A DNA stretch of 64,000 nt from Candidatus Atabeyarchaeum deiterrae (GCA_037310415.1 CP147780.1:608001-672000); one strand, 5' to 3'. Positions 39,454 to 50,343 are shown, numbered from the stretch's first letter. The notes: generated from the letters alone by a model not told the origin. Numbers and translations are program-made.

Positions 39454-40653
39454 TCACGCTCCCTTTTTTAGGTCAAACCATTTCTCTTCCTCTTTCGTTC
39501 CACCTTTCTCGAGCAACTTTATCGTCTCCTGGAAGATGGTTACCTGGTGGCTTGGGGTAATGTCTCGGCCTCCTAGACCAAGTACGAAACCAAATACCAA
39601 TGGTTGCTCTTTCAATCCGTAGAGCGCCCCCTTTGTCTCGGTAAACGCTGCGCCTCCAGATCCATAGGATATATCTCTATCTAGGACTGCGAACGCTTTC
39701 ACATGCTCTGCGAGGCTTCTTAGCTCATCGCGTGGAAAAGGTCTGAACATTCTGAGTTTTGCCGCTCCCACTTTGTTCCCCGCGTCTCTTAGCTCGTCAA
39801 CAGCTGCTCTTGCCTGAGCTGCCAGGGTACCCATGCTTATCATTACGACTTCTGCATCTTCGCAGCGATACTCCTGGATCAATCCGTCGTAGGTCCTTCC
39901 GAATTTGCTTTTGAACTCTCGATCGACTTCCCTTAGCGTCTTTCTGACATTTTCCATCGCTTCGTGAGCGAAGTATCTGTGCTCCATATACGAGGGGACA
40001 TTCTCCCCTTCTGTTCCATCCATATTGAGACTCCCTATCGTCATCGGGTTATCAACATCGAGCAATAGATGTTTCTTGGGATCGTGAGGTATGAATTCAT
40101 CAACATCTTCTTGGTTTGGGAGTTCCAATGGCTGTGAGGTATGCGAAAGTATGAAACCGTCCAAGCATATCATTGAAGGTAGAAGTGTCTGTTCAGAGAT
40201 TCTATAGGCTTGGATTACTGTGTCGAATATCTCTTGATTGCTTTCGACGTAGAACTGTATCCAGCCTGTATCTCTCTGCGAGATCGAATCGTTATGATCT
40301 ACATGGATGTTCCATGGCCCAACTGCCCTGTTTACTACACACATGACAACTGGCAGTCGCATCATGCTGGTCCAGTGAAGCATTTCATGCATGTAGAGTA
40401 ACCCATGTGAGGACGTTGCTGTGAATACTCGCGCCCCGGCTGCCGAGGCACCTACACACGCTGCCATGGCGGAGTGTTCCGATTCCACTCTCACGTATTT
40501 TGCTTTCATTTCACCCTTCTCAATTATCTTAGCAAGCCCCTCAACTATTGTGGTCTGAGGAGTAATCGGGTAAGCTGCAACAACCTCAACTCTTGCAAAC
40601 CTTGCCGCTTCAGCAGCAGTATAGTTACCTGTAGTGACTATTATTCGGCCCAT
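39454..40653 (-). CDS. porA: 2-oxoacid:ferredoxin oxidoreductase alpha subunit
   Basis: YPITPQT, ESEHSAM and TATSSHGL motifs. Confidence 0.93.
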   Translation of the reverse strand: MGRIIVTTGNYTAAEAARFARVEVVAAYPITPQTTIVEGLAKIIEKGEMKAKYVRVESEHSAMAACVGASAAGARVFTATSSHGLLYMHEMLHWTSMMRLPVVMCVVNRAVGPWNIHVDHNDSISQRDTGWIQFYVESNQEIFDTVIQAYRISEQTLLPSMICLDGFILSHTSQPLELPNQEDVDEFIPHDPKKHLLLDVDNPMTIGSLNMDGTEGENVPSYMEHRYFAHEAMENVRKTLREVDREFKSKFGRTYDGLIQEYRCEDAEVVMISMGTLAAQARAAVDELRDAGNKVGAAKLRMFRPFPRDELRSLAEHVKAFAVLDRDISYGSGGAAFTETKGALYGLKEQPLVFGFVLGLGGRDITPSHQVTIFQETIKLLEKGGTKEEEKWFDLKKGA

Positions 40654-40656
40654 TAC

Positions 40657-40938
40657 CTATTCACTCTCCCTCTTCATCTCTATTGCCTTGGACTTGCACT
40701 CTCTGGCGCAAATCCCACATCCCTTGCAGTAGCTAAAGTCAATCTCGGGTAGGTCACCCTTACCTTTTGATATTGCGGCTTCTGGGCAATATTGCCAGCA
40801 TAACATGCACTTTTTGCATTTCTCGTTGGTTATTACGGGTTTGAAGGTTCTCCAGAGACCTGTTTTTCCGCCTGCTCCCTTCGTGGGCTCTGCGTACTCT
40901 GTTATTTGACTGTTTTTTCTCTCTGTTCCTTTTCGCAT
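40657..40938 (-). CDS. porD: 2-oxoacid:ferredoxin oxidoreductase delta subunit
   Basis: TGLWRTFKP and two [4Fe-4S] motifs. Confidence 0.93.
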   Translation of the reverse strand: MRKGTERKNSQITEYAEPTKGAGGKTGLWRTFKPVITNEKCKKCMLCWQYCPEAAISKGKGDLPEIDFSYCKGCGICARECKSKAIEMKRESE

Positions 40939-40957
40939 TCGCCTTCACCTTCTATGA

Positions 40958-41560
40958 CTACTCCCTGACGGCAATCTGCTGACGCGGCAAAGACAGTCTC
41001 TTATAAGCCTCTTCTGTTGCTCTGGAGTTCTTTTCTCCGACTTCGCCTTTCCACTCCTCAAGAACGGCTCTGCGTATGCTTTCCAAGGATACCAGTTTTG
41101 TTGCTTTCGAGAATGCTCCAAGCATTGGGGTACTTACTACAGGCTGTCCAGCGAGAATCAGACCGAGTTCGAGTGATATTCCGGTCGCGTCGACAACGAA
41201 CAGATTAGTATCACTTAGGTCAAGATCACTTGAATGCTTGGTTGTGTTCACAATCAAAAACGTATCGGACTTTGCTCCCTCCAGTACGTTTGTGATCTTC
41301 ATTATGGTGGAATCGAGCACGATCACAACGTCAGGATTGTATATCTGACTGTGAACCAGGATTGAGTCTTTTGATATCCTAGTAAATGCCTTTATTGGAG
41401 CTCCTCTTCTCTCTGCTCCGAAAAATGGGAAGGCTTGCGAATCCTTGAAGTTGTTGTATATTGCTGCTTTGGCTAATAGATTGGCCGCTGTAACAGCTCC
41501 TTGCCCGCCACGTCCATGCCATCTTATTTCCCAAATCTTTTCCGCCATGATATCTGGCAT
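40958..41560 (-). CDS. porG: 2-oxoacid:ferredoxin oxidoreductase gamma subunit
   Basis: HGRGGQGAVT and FGAERRGAP motifs. Confidence 0.93.
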   Translation of the reverse strand: MPDIMAEKIWEIRWHGRGGQGAVTAANLLAKAAIYNNFKDSQAFPFFGAERRGAPIKAFTRISKDSILVHSQIYNPDVVIVLDSTIMKITNVLEGAKSDTFLIVNTTKHSSDLDLSDTNLFVVDATGISLELGLILAGQPVVSTPMLGAFSKATKLVSLESIRRAVLEEWKGEVGEKNSRATEEAYKRLSLPRQQIAVRE

Positions 41561-41905
41561 CTCCGTACCTATTCCACAAAAAACACGTGAGGCGCTGACT
41601 TCTTGCTCGGTCTGGAGAAAGTGTTTGATCTTCTATCCAAGTAACATTCCCGTGCTTGAGTCGGAGGTTAATCCCTCTTTCTCTCTCCAACATCCATTAG
41701 AAGCTATTGTTATAAATCAATTATTAGTTTATGTTTGTTCATTCCTCATGTATGCACAAAGAACTTTCGAAAGACAAATATTCGAGAATAAATTGCATAT
41801 TTCCATAAGTGCATCAGTCTTTTGTCACCGATTTTGTGAGCGTGCTCCGCTGATAGCTATGCTAAACCACGATTTGCATGAATTGGCAACTTCGTCGGAG
41901 AGTGA

Positions 41906-43741
41906 TTGCTTTTGGGAGAAGAAACCGTTTCGAGTATGTACAGCAGACTTTTCAAGCTGCCTCGCCTATCTAGAATCGTAGTTATTGGGATTCTAATGTG
42001 CGCTGCCATGGATCTTCTTTTTGTTCTCAGCTTTCTTCATCCATTAAGTGCGCCTTCCTCATTGCTGGATATCCTTGAGAGTTCCCTGTTCGGTTTTGTT
42101 CTCCTAATTGGAGCGTTTCTGATTTCATCTGTTCTGACCCTTGGCGTGTCTAGGAGGATCTCAAAAGTGATGAACTTCAGGAGAGCCCTCGGTGTCTCAC
42201 TTTTCTCGCTGACTTTCACTACCACTGTTTTTCTGATCGGTTGGGTTCTCTATTATGTAGGATTCTCCAGTCTTTTGCCTGATTTCTTCATTTTTGGGTT
42301 AGCAGCTGGCTTTACTATCAGGTTGTTGGTCGCTCTCGTCACGGTCAGTGGCAACTACCTTGGCGCTATAGCTGATTCTCTCGTTCAACCGCTGCTCGAG
42401 TTTTTCCTGCTTCTTCCCGTCGCTAGTACTGATCGGCTCCTAATCTTCCTGTCAACTCTCCTTATCATACTTGCCATCTTCGCTGTCCTCACATCCGCAT
42501 ACGTCAGAGCAATCGGTTCTCAACTAAGGCGACTTACTGGTGTCGATGGTCGCGTCTTTTTCAGATCCTTCCTCAGCGAATGGAGTGCTGGCACAGGGGA
42601 CCAACTGGAAGAAATCATTGGAAGGAATTCGGTGAGAAAGGACTTGAGATTTGCCTGTTTTTCCTTTAGGAACAAACGAGGAAGAATGAAAGCTATAATG
42701 ATTGTTCCGACTGTGCACCCAGGGCCATTCAAGGGAGTAGGTTCGAGTAATCTTCCGGCTTATCTGATGCGCAAATTGGAAGAGGATTTCGATTGCCCCG
42801 TAGTATGCGCACATGGTCCAAGCACGCATGGAGAGAACTTGGTGAAGTCAAGCCAGTGCAAAGAAGTCTACAAGGAGATACTTGCGGTTCTGAGACAAAA
42901 GTCTACTCCATCCAAGTATTCAAGCCAACTCGCGAGGGCGACAGAGGATGGGGTATCAGTCGCGTGCCAGATCTTCGGGGGTCTTGCTCTTCTGATAGGT
43001 AGTTCGTCATCCTCTCTTCCCATCGATGACATAAGCCTTGCAGTAGGGGACAATGCAACTTCAGCGGCAAGGAGGTCTGATATAGAGGCTTTTTTCGTTG
43101 ATTCCCATAGTTGTGTTAATCCTGAGAGCGATGATATTTGGCCGAGTTCAAAAGTCAGCGAGATGATTGTCAAAGCTTCCCAGAAAGCTGCCCATGAGGT
43201 CTCCAAGTTCGGTAGGGAACCTTTCAGGATCGGAGCTGCAAAGATAAGGTCGACCGGCATATCGAGAGTCGATGGAATGGGAGAAGAGGGAGTATCGGCA
43301 ATCGTGATCCAAGTAAACGAGAAGAGTATTGCATATGTTCTCTTCGATTCAAATAACATGGTGCCTAGCCTAAGGGATCTGCTCAGAAGCGAACTGGTCA
43401 AAACAGGTTTCGACTCTGTTGAGGTTCTCACCAGCGACACTCATTCGACAAGTGCTTTGACCCCGGGTAAAATAGGATATAACCCGCTGGGATTCTCCAC
43501 TTCCCACGACCAGATCCTTCAGCTCTCGATTTCAGTGGCCAACAAGGCCAAGGAAGACGCAGAGACTGCAGTCGTGAATGCGCGCATCGGGGTCCTAAAA
43601 GGTGTCAACGTTGCCGGCGAAGAAAACATGCAGAACATTCTGAGAGGAATAAGGAACTCGATTAGAGTTGCGAAGAAACTCGCTCCAATCTCGTTTGGTG
43701 TTGCGGTATTGCTGAGCATCATTGTAGTTGTATTGACTTGA
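41906..43741 (+). CDS. DUF2070 family membrane protein
   Basis: Multi-TM N-terminus; HPGPF..VGSSNLP, DSH, DSNN and TSDTH motifs. Confidence 0.88.
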   Translation: MLLGEETVSSMYSRLFKLPRLSRIVVIGILMCAAMDLLFVLSFLHPLSAPSSLLDILESSLFGFVLLIGAFLISSVLTLGVSRRISKVMNFRRALGVSLFSLTFTTTVFLIGWVLYYVGFSSLLPDFFIFGLAAGFTIRLLVALVTVSGNYLGAIADSLVQPLLEFFLLLPVASTDRLLIFLSTLLIILAIFAVLTSAYVRAIGSQLRRLTGVDGRVFFRSFLSEWSAGTGDQLEEIIGRNSVRKDLRFACFSFRNKRGRMKAIMIVPTVHPGPFKGVGSSNLPAYLMRKLEEDFDCPVVCAHGPSTHGENLVKSSQCKEVYKEILAVLRQKSTPSKYSSQLARATEDGVSVACQIFGGLALLIGSSSSSLPIDDISLAVGDNATSAARRSDIEAFFVDSHSCVNPESDDIWPSSKVSEMIVKASQKAAHEVSKFGREPFRIGAAKIRSTGISRVDGMGEEGVSAIVIQVNEKSIAYVLFDSNNMVPSLRDLLRSELVKTGFDSVEVLTSDTHSTSALTPGKIGYNPLGFSTSHDQILQLSISVANKAKEDAETAVVNARIGVLKGVNVAGEENMQNILRGIRNSIRVAKKLAPISFGVAVLLSIIVVVLT

Positions 43742-43857
43742 CCTCTATCTCAACAGCAAAGCTCAGCGGGAGTAATCTCTTAGGAATCTCTTGGGACTCC
43801 TAGCCCCTGTATTTTGAGGATAGATTTATTTCTTTGAGCTGGCTTATTTGACTTCGC

Positions 43858-44142
43858 GTGGTTCTGAAGATGGAGGAGTCAAAACCCAGATTATCTGCGA
43901 TAGGGTTGCTGAGCGAGTGTGTGGGCAAAAGAATTAGAGTAATTGTTAAAGATAATTTTGGGTATGAGGGCACACTCTCCGCACTCTCTGATTCTCCTCC
44001 GTCCTTGTTTCTCGCTGACGCCGAGGCTTTCGTTATCAGGACTACAATCGCAGATCCCGTTCCGAGAATAGTCAGCAAGGAGCGGAGAAGCTCGATATTC
44101 GTGAACTTGGATTCCGTCCTGAGAATCGAGATACCCGACTGA
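43858..44142 (+). CDS. Sm/Lsm-like protein
   Basis: VGKRIRVIVKDNFGYEGTL...SIFVNLDSVLRI. Confidence 0.7.
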   Translation: MVLKMEESKPRLSAIGLLSECVGKRIRVIVKDNFGYEGTLSALSDSPPSLFLADAEAFVIRTTIADPVPRIVSKERRSSIFVNLDSVLRIEIPD

Positions 44143-44168
44143 AAGACTATACCGGGTCACGATTCTCA

Positions 44169-44357
44169 TCAGAATGGGAGTATCCCGTAGAACCTTAGCC
44201 ATGCCAGTATCACAACTACTATTAGCCCGACTGAAATGGCAACTACTACGGTAGGGCTGAACTTCACGCCTTTCATTTCGTCTTGGAAAAACCTAATCAG
44301 CCCAGCGCCGGTCGCTGGCATGACTCCTTCTTCTCTTCGTCTTCTTCTGCTGGACAT
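44169..44357 (-). CDS. secG: Preprotein translocase Sec61beta
   Basis: PATGAGLIRFF....GVKFSP followed by a TM helix. Confidence 0.93.
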   Translation of the reverse strand: MSSRRRRREEGVMPATGAGLIRFFQDEMKGVKFSPTVVVAISVGLIVVVILAWLRFYGILPF

Positions 44358-44524
44358 TTCAGTACTCCTCCAGATCGATTCTGGCTACGTCCTTGGAGTA
44401 TGGGATCCATTATTAAGGTTACTGTTGCAGCCGTTCTACCGTTTGCGGGAGAAGAAAGGTTAAATTATGTATTCTGAAGAATGTGTCATATATAACCCCA
44501 ACACGAGTTTCTTTGGAGGATGTA

Positions 44525-45900
44525 ATGAACTTGGAGACAGATTCGTTGCGGCAGACCTATTCTAGAGTCAAAGACTTGCTGCGCGAACATCACAAATGGT
44601 TTGACAATAGCATTCCATTGATAGCAAGTGAGAATGTTCCAAGTCCTGCTATCCGTGCAGCTATCGTTTCAGACTTTGGCAACCGGTATGCTGAAGGCTG
44701 GCCTGGAGAGTGAATGCTCGTTCGGTCATGGTATGAGCATTCCCCAGAAAGCGCGTCTACGCCGGTACCAAATATATCGACCAGGTTGAACTGATCTGTG
44801 GTGAGTTAGCTAGAAGGCTCTTCAAGGCTGAGTTTGCAGATGTTAGGCCGATCTCGGGCGTCGTAGCCAACTTAGCGCTTTATACTGCCTTCACTGAACC
44901 AGGGGACAGAATGCTGGCCTTGCCAATCCCCTCTGGTGGCCATATTAGCCATGCAAAGAAGGATCTTGGCGGAACTGCGGGAGCCGTACATGGACTGAAA
45001 GTCCGATACTTTGAATACGATGAGAAAGAGTTCAATATTGATGTTGACGAAAGCGTCAAGCGTATCAGAAAGATGATCAAGAAAGGAAAGGTCATTAACC
45101 TTCTCATGTTCGGTGCGAGCGTCTTTCTCTTTCCTCACCCCGTCAGAGAGTTCAGAGACATCGCGGATGAAATGGGCGCCTTCATAGCGTACGATGGTGC
45201 CCATGTCGCTGGACTGATTGCTGGAGAGCGCTTTCAAGATCCTCTAAGGGAAGGTGCCGATGTCTTTTCTATGAGTACCCACAAGACATTACCAGGACCA
45301 CAAGGCGGTGCTCTACTCTCTTGGCAGAAGTACGGCGAACGCATAAAAAAGGCAGTTTTCCCGGGATTAACAAGCAACCATCATCTGAACACGGTCGCTG
45401 GGAAGACCATAGCTTTTCTTGAAATGCTGGCATTCGGCAAGGAGTACGCTGGGCAGATTATCGCAAACGCGAAGGCACTCGGACAAGCTCTCCATGAGGA
45501 AGGTTTCAATGTTCTTGCCGGACATAAGGGATTCACTGAGTCACACACTCTCTTGGTCGATGTAACAAACACTCCTCTCAAGAATGGTCATGCTTGCGAG
45601 AAGGCATTGGAAGCTGCGAACATCATCATAAACAGGAATCTCTTACCTTGGGACATAAGGGAGGGTCGTAACTATCTAGCTCCTGGAGGAATAAGGCTAG
45701 GCACCAGTGAGGTCACAAGGATCGGTATGAAAGCATCAGATATGAAACAAATAGCGACTTTCATGAAACGGGTTATCTTTGATCACAAAGATCCATCTGC
45801 CGTGGGTCAAGAAGTGGAAGGCTTCAGGCGATCTTTCAAGAAAGTCAAGTATTGCTTTGAGTCCCAGACGGGTGCTTACGAGTATTTCGACATAAAGTGA
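44525..45900 (+). CDS. glyA: Serine hydroxymethyltransferase, split by a 41-nt intron (exons 44525-44708 and 44750-45900; 444 aa)
   Basis: LIASEN and NRYAEGWPG in exon 1; ERVYAG, GGHISH, YDGAH and STHKTLPGPQGG (PLP Lys) in exon 2. Confidence 0.95.
44709..44749 (+). other. BHB intron in glyA mRNA
   Basis: Central helix CUGG/CCAG, bulges AGA and AAA, inner stem GAAUGCUC/GAGCAUUC; standard cuts restore the frame. Confidence 0.88.
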
Positions 45901-46042
45901 TGTGAGGATCGACATCCACTATAGTTCTTAAATACTATTAGACCTTCTTTATCTATTGTAGAGGGAGACTAGAGATACTTTTTCATTTGTGAGAACAGAA
46001 CTATGAAGTTCAGTATGCCAACTTGTTACTGGAGGTTTTCAT

Positions 46043-46882
46043 ATGACTAAGGCTCAAGAAGTAATGTCGGCCAGTCCTATTACAATAGAAGTGCCCGGCA
46101 GCAGAAAGGAAGCAATGGACATTATGGTCAAGAATGACTTAACGTGGTTGCCTGTCGTGAAGAAAGGCACCAGGCTGCTGGTGGGAGCGGTATCCCGTTC
46201 TGATCTCATGAGCAAACCCGAAGAGGATCAATTAGCTCTTCTCATGAAAAGAGACCCAGTCGCCATTTCACCGGATGCTGATATCAAAGAAGCCGTCAGA
46301 CTGATATTAAGCGACAATCTTACTCGGCTACTGGTCTGCTCGTCGAAGAAGGAGCTTATCGGGGCACTCACGGTTACTGACATAGTTCACAAGGTTGTCA
46401 TCGAGACCGACAAGACAAAGATCATTAAGCCCTATGTTGAGCGAACCCTAACCTGCGTATGGTCAGGGACGCCCCTTCCTGTAGCTTATCGCATAATGAA
46501 ACTTTCGCATTATCGAGCTCTTCCCGTCCTAGACGACAAGGGCGAGTTAGCAGGAATAGTAGGTGAGTCAGACTTCTTGTCGGTTAGCGAAGAAGTCCAT
46601 GAAGAGAAGATCTCAAAAACTACTGCTGACAGCGAGGGAACCGATTGGGATTGGGACACTTCAGACAGAATAATAATCGCTAAACGGAAATTGAAAATAC
46701 CCGACAAACCAGTAGAGACTATTATGATCAAGAATGTCGAGACAAGTGTCGAACAAGCTAGTGTTGCAGAATGCGCTCTGAAGATGAAGCGGCTCGGAAT
46801 AGACCAATTGCCAGTTCTCGACGCCAAGGGCTCACTGAGTGGCATGATAAAAGATGTCGATCTCTTGAAGGCCTTAGTATGA
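46043..46882 (+). CDS. Four-CBS-domain protein
   Basis: Two CBS pairs with repeated LPV and G.I motifs. Confidence 0.92.
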   Translation: MTKAQEVMSASPITIEVPGSRKEAMDIMVKNDLTWLPVVKKGTRLLVGAVSRSDLMSKPEEDQLALLMKRDPVAISPDADIKEAVRLILSDNLTRLLVCSSKKELIGALTVTDIVHKVVIETDKTKIIKPYVERTLTCVWSGTPLPVAYRIMKLSHYRALPVLDDKGELAGIVGESDFLSVSEEVHEEKISKTTADSEGTDWDWDTSDRIIIAKRKLKIPDKPVETIMIKNVETSVEQASVAECALKMKRLGIDQLPVLDAKGSLSGMIKDVDLLKALV

Positions 46883-46902
46883 CAGTTTGGCTATTTATTA
46901 AG

Positions 46903-49900
46903 CTACTTCGCTATGCTAAAATCCGTCAGTCTCTTCTGAACTGGGGTCTTGCCTTCAAACACGGATGTCAAGTTCTGCTCAATCATTTCAATTCTTTGTG
47001 CAAACATTGCGCCCACATCGTAGTCTTTCACTATTCCTGAGGCTAGATCGAAGTACTTTATTACAGTATTTCTCGACACCGTTGTTAGGATCTTTCCGCC
47101 GCAACGCAGACAATGACCAATCAGCGGTACTCTCCGATACTTGGCGTTACATTTCATGCATCTGAACTTCTGTGAGGTAAACGCTCTCAGACATCCAAGT
47201 AAATCTGGGATTAGATGTGTCTCGAGAACCTTTCGTGCGACATCTGAAGAGTCAACAGCCCTTATCCTAGTTGCGATTGCCAATTGAGCTTTCAGCTTCA
47301 TCTGGGTCGATTTCTGCAAAGTGTAAGAGCTCCTTCTGGGTCCGCCAGCTATATCATTAGTAGGGTGAGAGAAACTGAAGCCTACATATTGCTCGGGCTT
47401 TCCAAGCCTCTTGGATACGATTTCCATAATATCTTCTATGCTTTTCGGATCTGCATGTTCGAGGGTCTTTTGATAAAACTCTAGGGGATAATCTGACATC
47501 AAATCAAAGCTATGTGCTTCATCATCCACTTCCTCAGGGTCTACGGCTGTCGACACTATCAAAGGTGCATCCATCATTCCTCCTCTGCTGCTGGGGAGAT
47601 ACGACTTTGAGAAATTCAGTAACGCGTCCAGAGCTAGTATTACAGAATCCTCATCGCCATCGCAATTCCTTCTTTTCGCCGCATGCCAGTATGGATGCGC
47701 GAAGCAGACAGAAGTTTTGGTGAATCCTACTATTCTGCCAACTATTCCGACTGAAGTGTGAGGCGCTAATCCGATTGCCAGATGACCCACCAAGTCTTCT
47801 GCAGTATTGGCTCTGTAGAATGGCTCAAGCCCATAGACTCTTTTCAACAGATCATCTACGAATTTGGATACTCTTAGAAGATATTCAGCACATTCACTCG
47901 GTAGTATTATATCCTGTACCTTCAACTCCAGTATCTGATCCTCGCTCACAAGCCTATTGCCAAGATTGTCCGCTTCATACCCTAGTTCAGTTAATACTTC
48001 GACACTGACATTTGCTTCCCGGGCGGTGAAGTGAGTAAGCGGCGCATCAGTTGCATCGTATCTCGTGGTTCCATCTTTGAAAACGTAGAGAGAGTATTTA
48101 GCTCTCAATATCGCCTTTTCCAGCAACTCAGGTTCTTTGCCTCTGCTTGTGAGGCCCTGTACGCCTTTTACATCCCTCGGCGAACTACCTGTCTTCATTG
48201 TTGCGTCAGCGAATAGCTTGTGAATGTCTATTTCCCTTTTGCGATATGGACTAGTTGTCCCCCCACACTTGGGACATATGTCATCCTCGCTTGTCATCAT
48301 CTGACAACGCGTACATGTCCTCACAATAATCGTGCTGTTCCCACAGTTTTGGCATTTGCAGTAGAGTGTCTCCTCTCCACAGTGAAGGCATTTTCTTCTG
48401 GCCAATTCGACTTTAATTACTCTCTTTTCTGCTGCCTTGTTTATGCTTCTGCTGATTCCTCCTTCCAGACCCACAGGGAATAAACCGTGGACTGGAGGTT
48501 TCATCTTCCTTTCCATAGCTTTCTCGGGTCTTCCCATCCTAGCTCCTATGTAGACGGGGGCCTTTTTTCTGAGAATAAGTCCAGAGAGTTCTCTAATCAG
48601 TTCATACACATCATCGGTCTGCTTACATCCTATGGTTTTCGTGAATATCGCCATTATTTCGAACAGGATCAAATGGTGTTCGGAGAGTTCGATTCTTTCG
48701 GGGAAGCTGTCAAATGGAATTCCCAGTTTTTCGAGAACGTTGAGCGTATTCTTGTCTTTTGACAGCTGCAAAACTTGTCTGTGTCCCTTCAAAGCAAGGG
48801 TCCCATTTTTCAGTGCCTCTCTTAGAAGCAATAGCTCACTGACTACTATGTCGTGCCAGAAATAGGTGAACCTTGGGTGCAGAGGAATCCCTAGTTGCCT
48901 AGCGAGTCTTAGGGTTTCATGAGCCGTGGGTCTTGCCGAGAAGGGCTCGGAAGATAGTTCTCGAAGTCTCTCCTGAGATATGCCTATCGATTGGCTGGCC
49001 AATAACAAGTTCTCGGCAAACCGCGTTTTGATTGCCCCAGTTGCTTCCTTCTGCCACCATTCCTCGCAATATCCTGATTCAACGAGCGGGTGATTGTTCT
49101 CTAGAAACTCTCCGTAAGCAACCAACATGTCGCCCAAGAAGAGTATCTCAGCAATCTTCCCGAGGCATTCTAAGGCTTCGCTTTGGCTGTCTACTGCTTT
49201 TACACTTCCGTCTGTTAGTTTCACGATGGGCCCTTCAATGCTACTGACAGGGAGGGCGATTGCCCCTTTTCCAGGTCGTTCGACCGCAAGTTGTGTTCCT
49301 GGCGCAATGAACCCATCCAATAGAACCATAGTTGCTGGGTTCAGCCCGATGGCTGCCAACCCAGTGTTCCGTGACCTACCGTACCTTAGTCTGAATCCTC
49401 CGACGCGGGAAGGATACGAAAAGACAGGTCTCCCTGCGATAACTTCAGATAAGTACTTGGGGTTTGGTTTTATATTCTTTCTGTCATCGCTCTTGTCGCG
49501 TTTCTCGTTTGTTCTTAGCTCATCAAGCCACTCCCAGCCTTCCCCGCCGATCTTGTCGATTATCTTCTTCAGTTTGGGTGCCTTCGAGATCACTCCATCA
49601 TTGAGTACGAGTATGGCTCCACCGCGCAACTTGTTTGTTCCTATTCGAGGTAGGTCGCGGTGGCCTGAGACTTCAAGTTGCTCGGTCGGCTCACCTGTTA
49701 CTTCAATTGGCAGATTCTTGGCAGTCTTCCGGATTTCGTCAGCACTGGACGGATACTGAAGATGGGTCACCTGTCTTCTGTATAATTCGATTTCTTCTAC
49801 AAATCGCTCAACCTCGTCCTCTGTCGGATCGTATTTGTCAAGGTGAAGCAGTTTTCTAATGAAATCCCCCACTAGTACTGTCTGTGCAGCCTCTGTTCCT

Positions 49901-50343
49901 CCTGATGCACGAATAGGACTTGCGAAGTATATTGCTAAGTAGTTGCCACCATCTGATCTCCTTTTTATCCTAACACTGGCAATTCCTTCAAGTGGGCTAG
50001 TTGTGACTCCCTCGTTCAAGATTGCAAGTGATGTCCTTATAGCTTGTTCAGCAGCTTTCTCGTCGTCATCAAACCTGCCAAACTTGCCGTAGATTATCTC
50101 TTCTGAGATTTTAAAGGCTATTTCCTCACGGGAGAGTTTCTTGTTGAGTTCCCTTATTCTTTGGGCTACGTTGTCTGGTCCAACGAGACTCTCTACACGC
50201 GCAGCCAAGTCATGGGCCCTAGCTATTTCGGGTTTCTCGCTTGGATCTAGTCCCTTGGCGCGAGCTGTCTCAGCTATGCCGTACAGTTTCCTCATTTCAT
50301 ATTCGAGAGCGTCGAAGTATGCCTTCGTATCGGTGTAAGTCAT
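46903..50343 (-). CDS. polC: DNA polymerase D large subunit DP2
   Basis: PIRASGGT, GGFRLRYGRSRN, RMGRPEKA and HAAKRRNCDGDED motifs; no intein. Confidence 0.98.
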   Translation of the reverse strand: MTYTDTKAYFDALEYEMRKLYGIAETARAKGLDPSEKPEIARAHDLAARVESLVGPDNVAQRIRELNKKLSREEIAFKISEEIIYGKFGRFDDDEKAAEQAIRTSLAILNEGVTTSPLEGIASVRIKRRSDGGNYLAIYFASPIRASGGTEAAQTVLVGDFIRKLLHLDKYDPTEDEVERFVEEIELYRRQVTHLQYPSSADEIRKTAKNLPIEVTGEPTEQLEVSGHRDLPRIGTNKLRGGAILVLNDGVISKAPKLKKIIDKIGGEGWEWLDELRTNEKRDKSDDRKNIKPNPKYLSEVIAGRPVFSYPSRVGGFRLRYGRSRNTGLAAIGLNPATMVLLDGFIAPGTQLAVERPGKGAIALPVSSIEGPIVKLTDGSVKAVDSQSEALECLGKIAEILFLGDMLVAYGEFLENNHPLVESGYCEEWWQKEATGAIKTRFAENLLLASQSIGISQERLRELSSEPFSARPTAHETLRLARQLGIPLHPRFTYFWHDIVVSELLLLREALKNGTLALKGHRQVLQLSKDKNTLNVLEKLGIPFDSFPERIELSEHHLILFEIMAIFTKTIGCKQTDDVYELIRELSGLILRKKAPVYIGARMGRPEKAMERKMKPPVHGLFPVGLEGGISRSINKAAEKRVIKVELARRKCLHCGEETLYCKCQNCGNSTIIVRTCTRCQMMTSEDDICPKCGGTTSPYRKREIDIHKLFADATMKTGSSPRDVKGVQGLTSRGKEPELLEKAILRAKYSLYVFKDGTTRYDATDAPLTHFTAREANVSVEVLTELGYEADNLGNRLVSEDQILELKVQDIILPSECAEYLLRVSKFVDDLLKRVYGLEPFYRANTAEDLVGHLAIGLAPHTSVGIVGRIVGFTKTSVCFAHPYWHAAKRRNCDGDEDSVILALDALLNFSKSYLPSSRGGMMDAPLIVSTAVDPEEVDDEAHSFDLMSDYPLEFYQKTLEHADPKSIEDIMEIVSKRLGKPEQYVGFSFSHPTNDIAGGPRRSSYTLQKSTQMKLKAQLAIATRIRAVDSSDVARKVLETHLIPDLLGCLRAFTSQKFRCMKCNAKYRRVPLIGHCLRCGGKILTTVSRNTVIKYFDLASGIVKDYDVGAMFAQRIEMIEQNLTSVFEGKTPVQKRLTDFSIAK

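Noticed and set aside
39981-40035. Hairpin and short insertion in porA as a second mRNA intron
   Set aside because: No proper BHB geometry; the ORF is open and the implied 34-nt excision would break the frame.
44711-44745. TGA followed by a hairpin in glyA read as Sec/SECIS readthrough, a programmed frameshift or a pseudogene
   Set aside because: Downstream homology is in a different frame and that frame has its own stop at 44734. No residue is missing after removing 41 nt, and the rest of the gene is intact.
11628-50343. Inteins in the usual hosts (AtpA, RadA, TopA, Cdc6, PolD)
   Set aside because: Protein lengths are normal and no intein blocks are evident.
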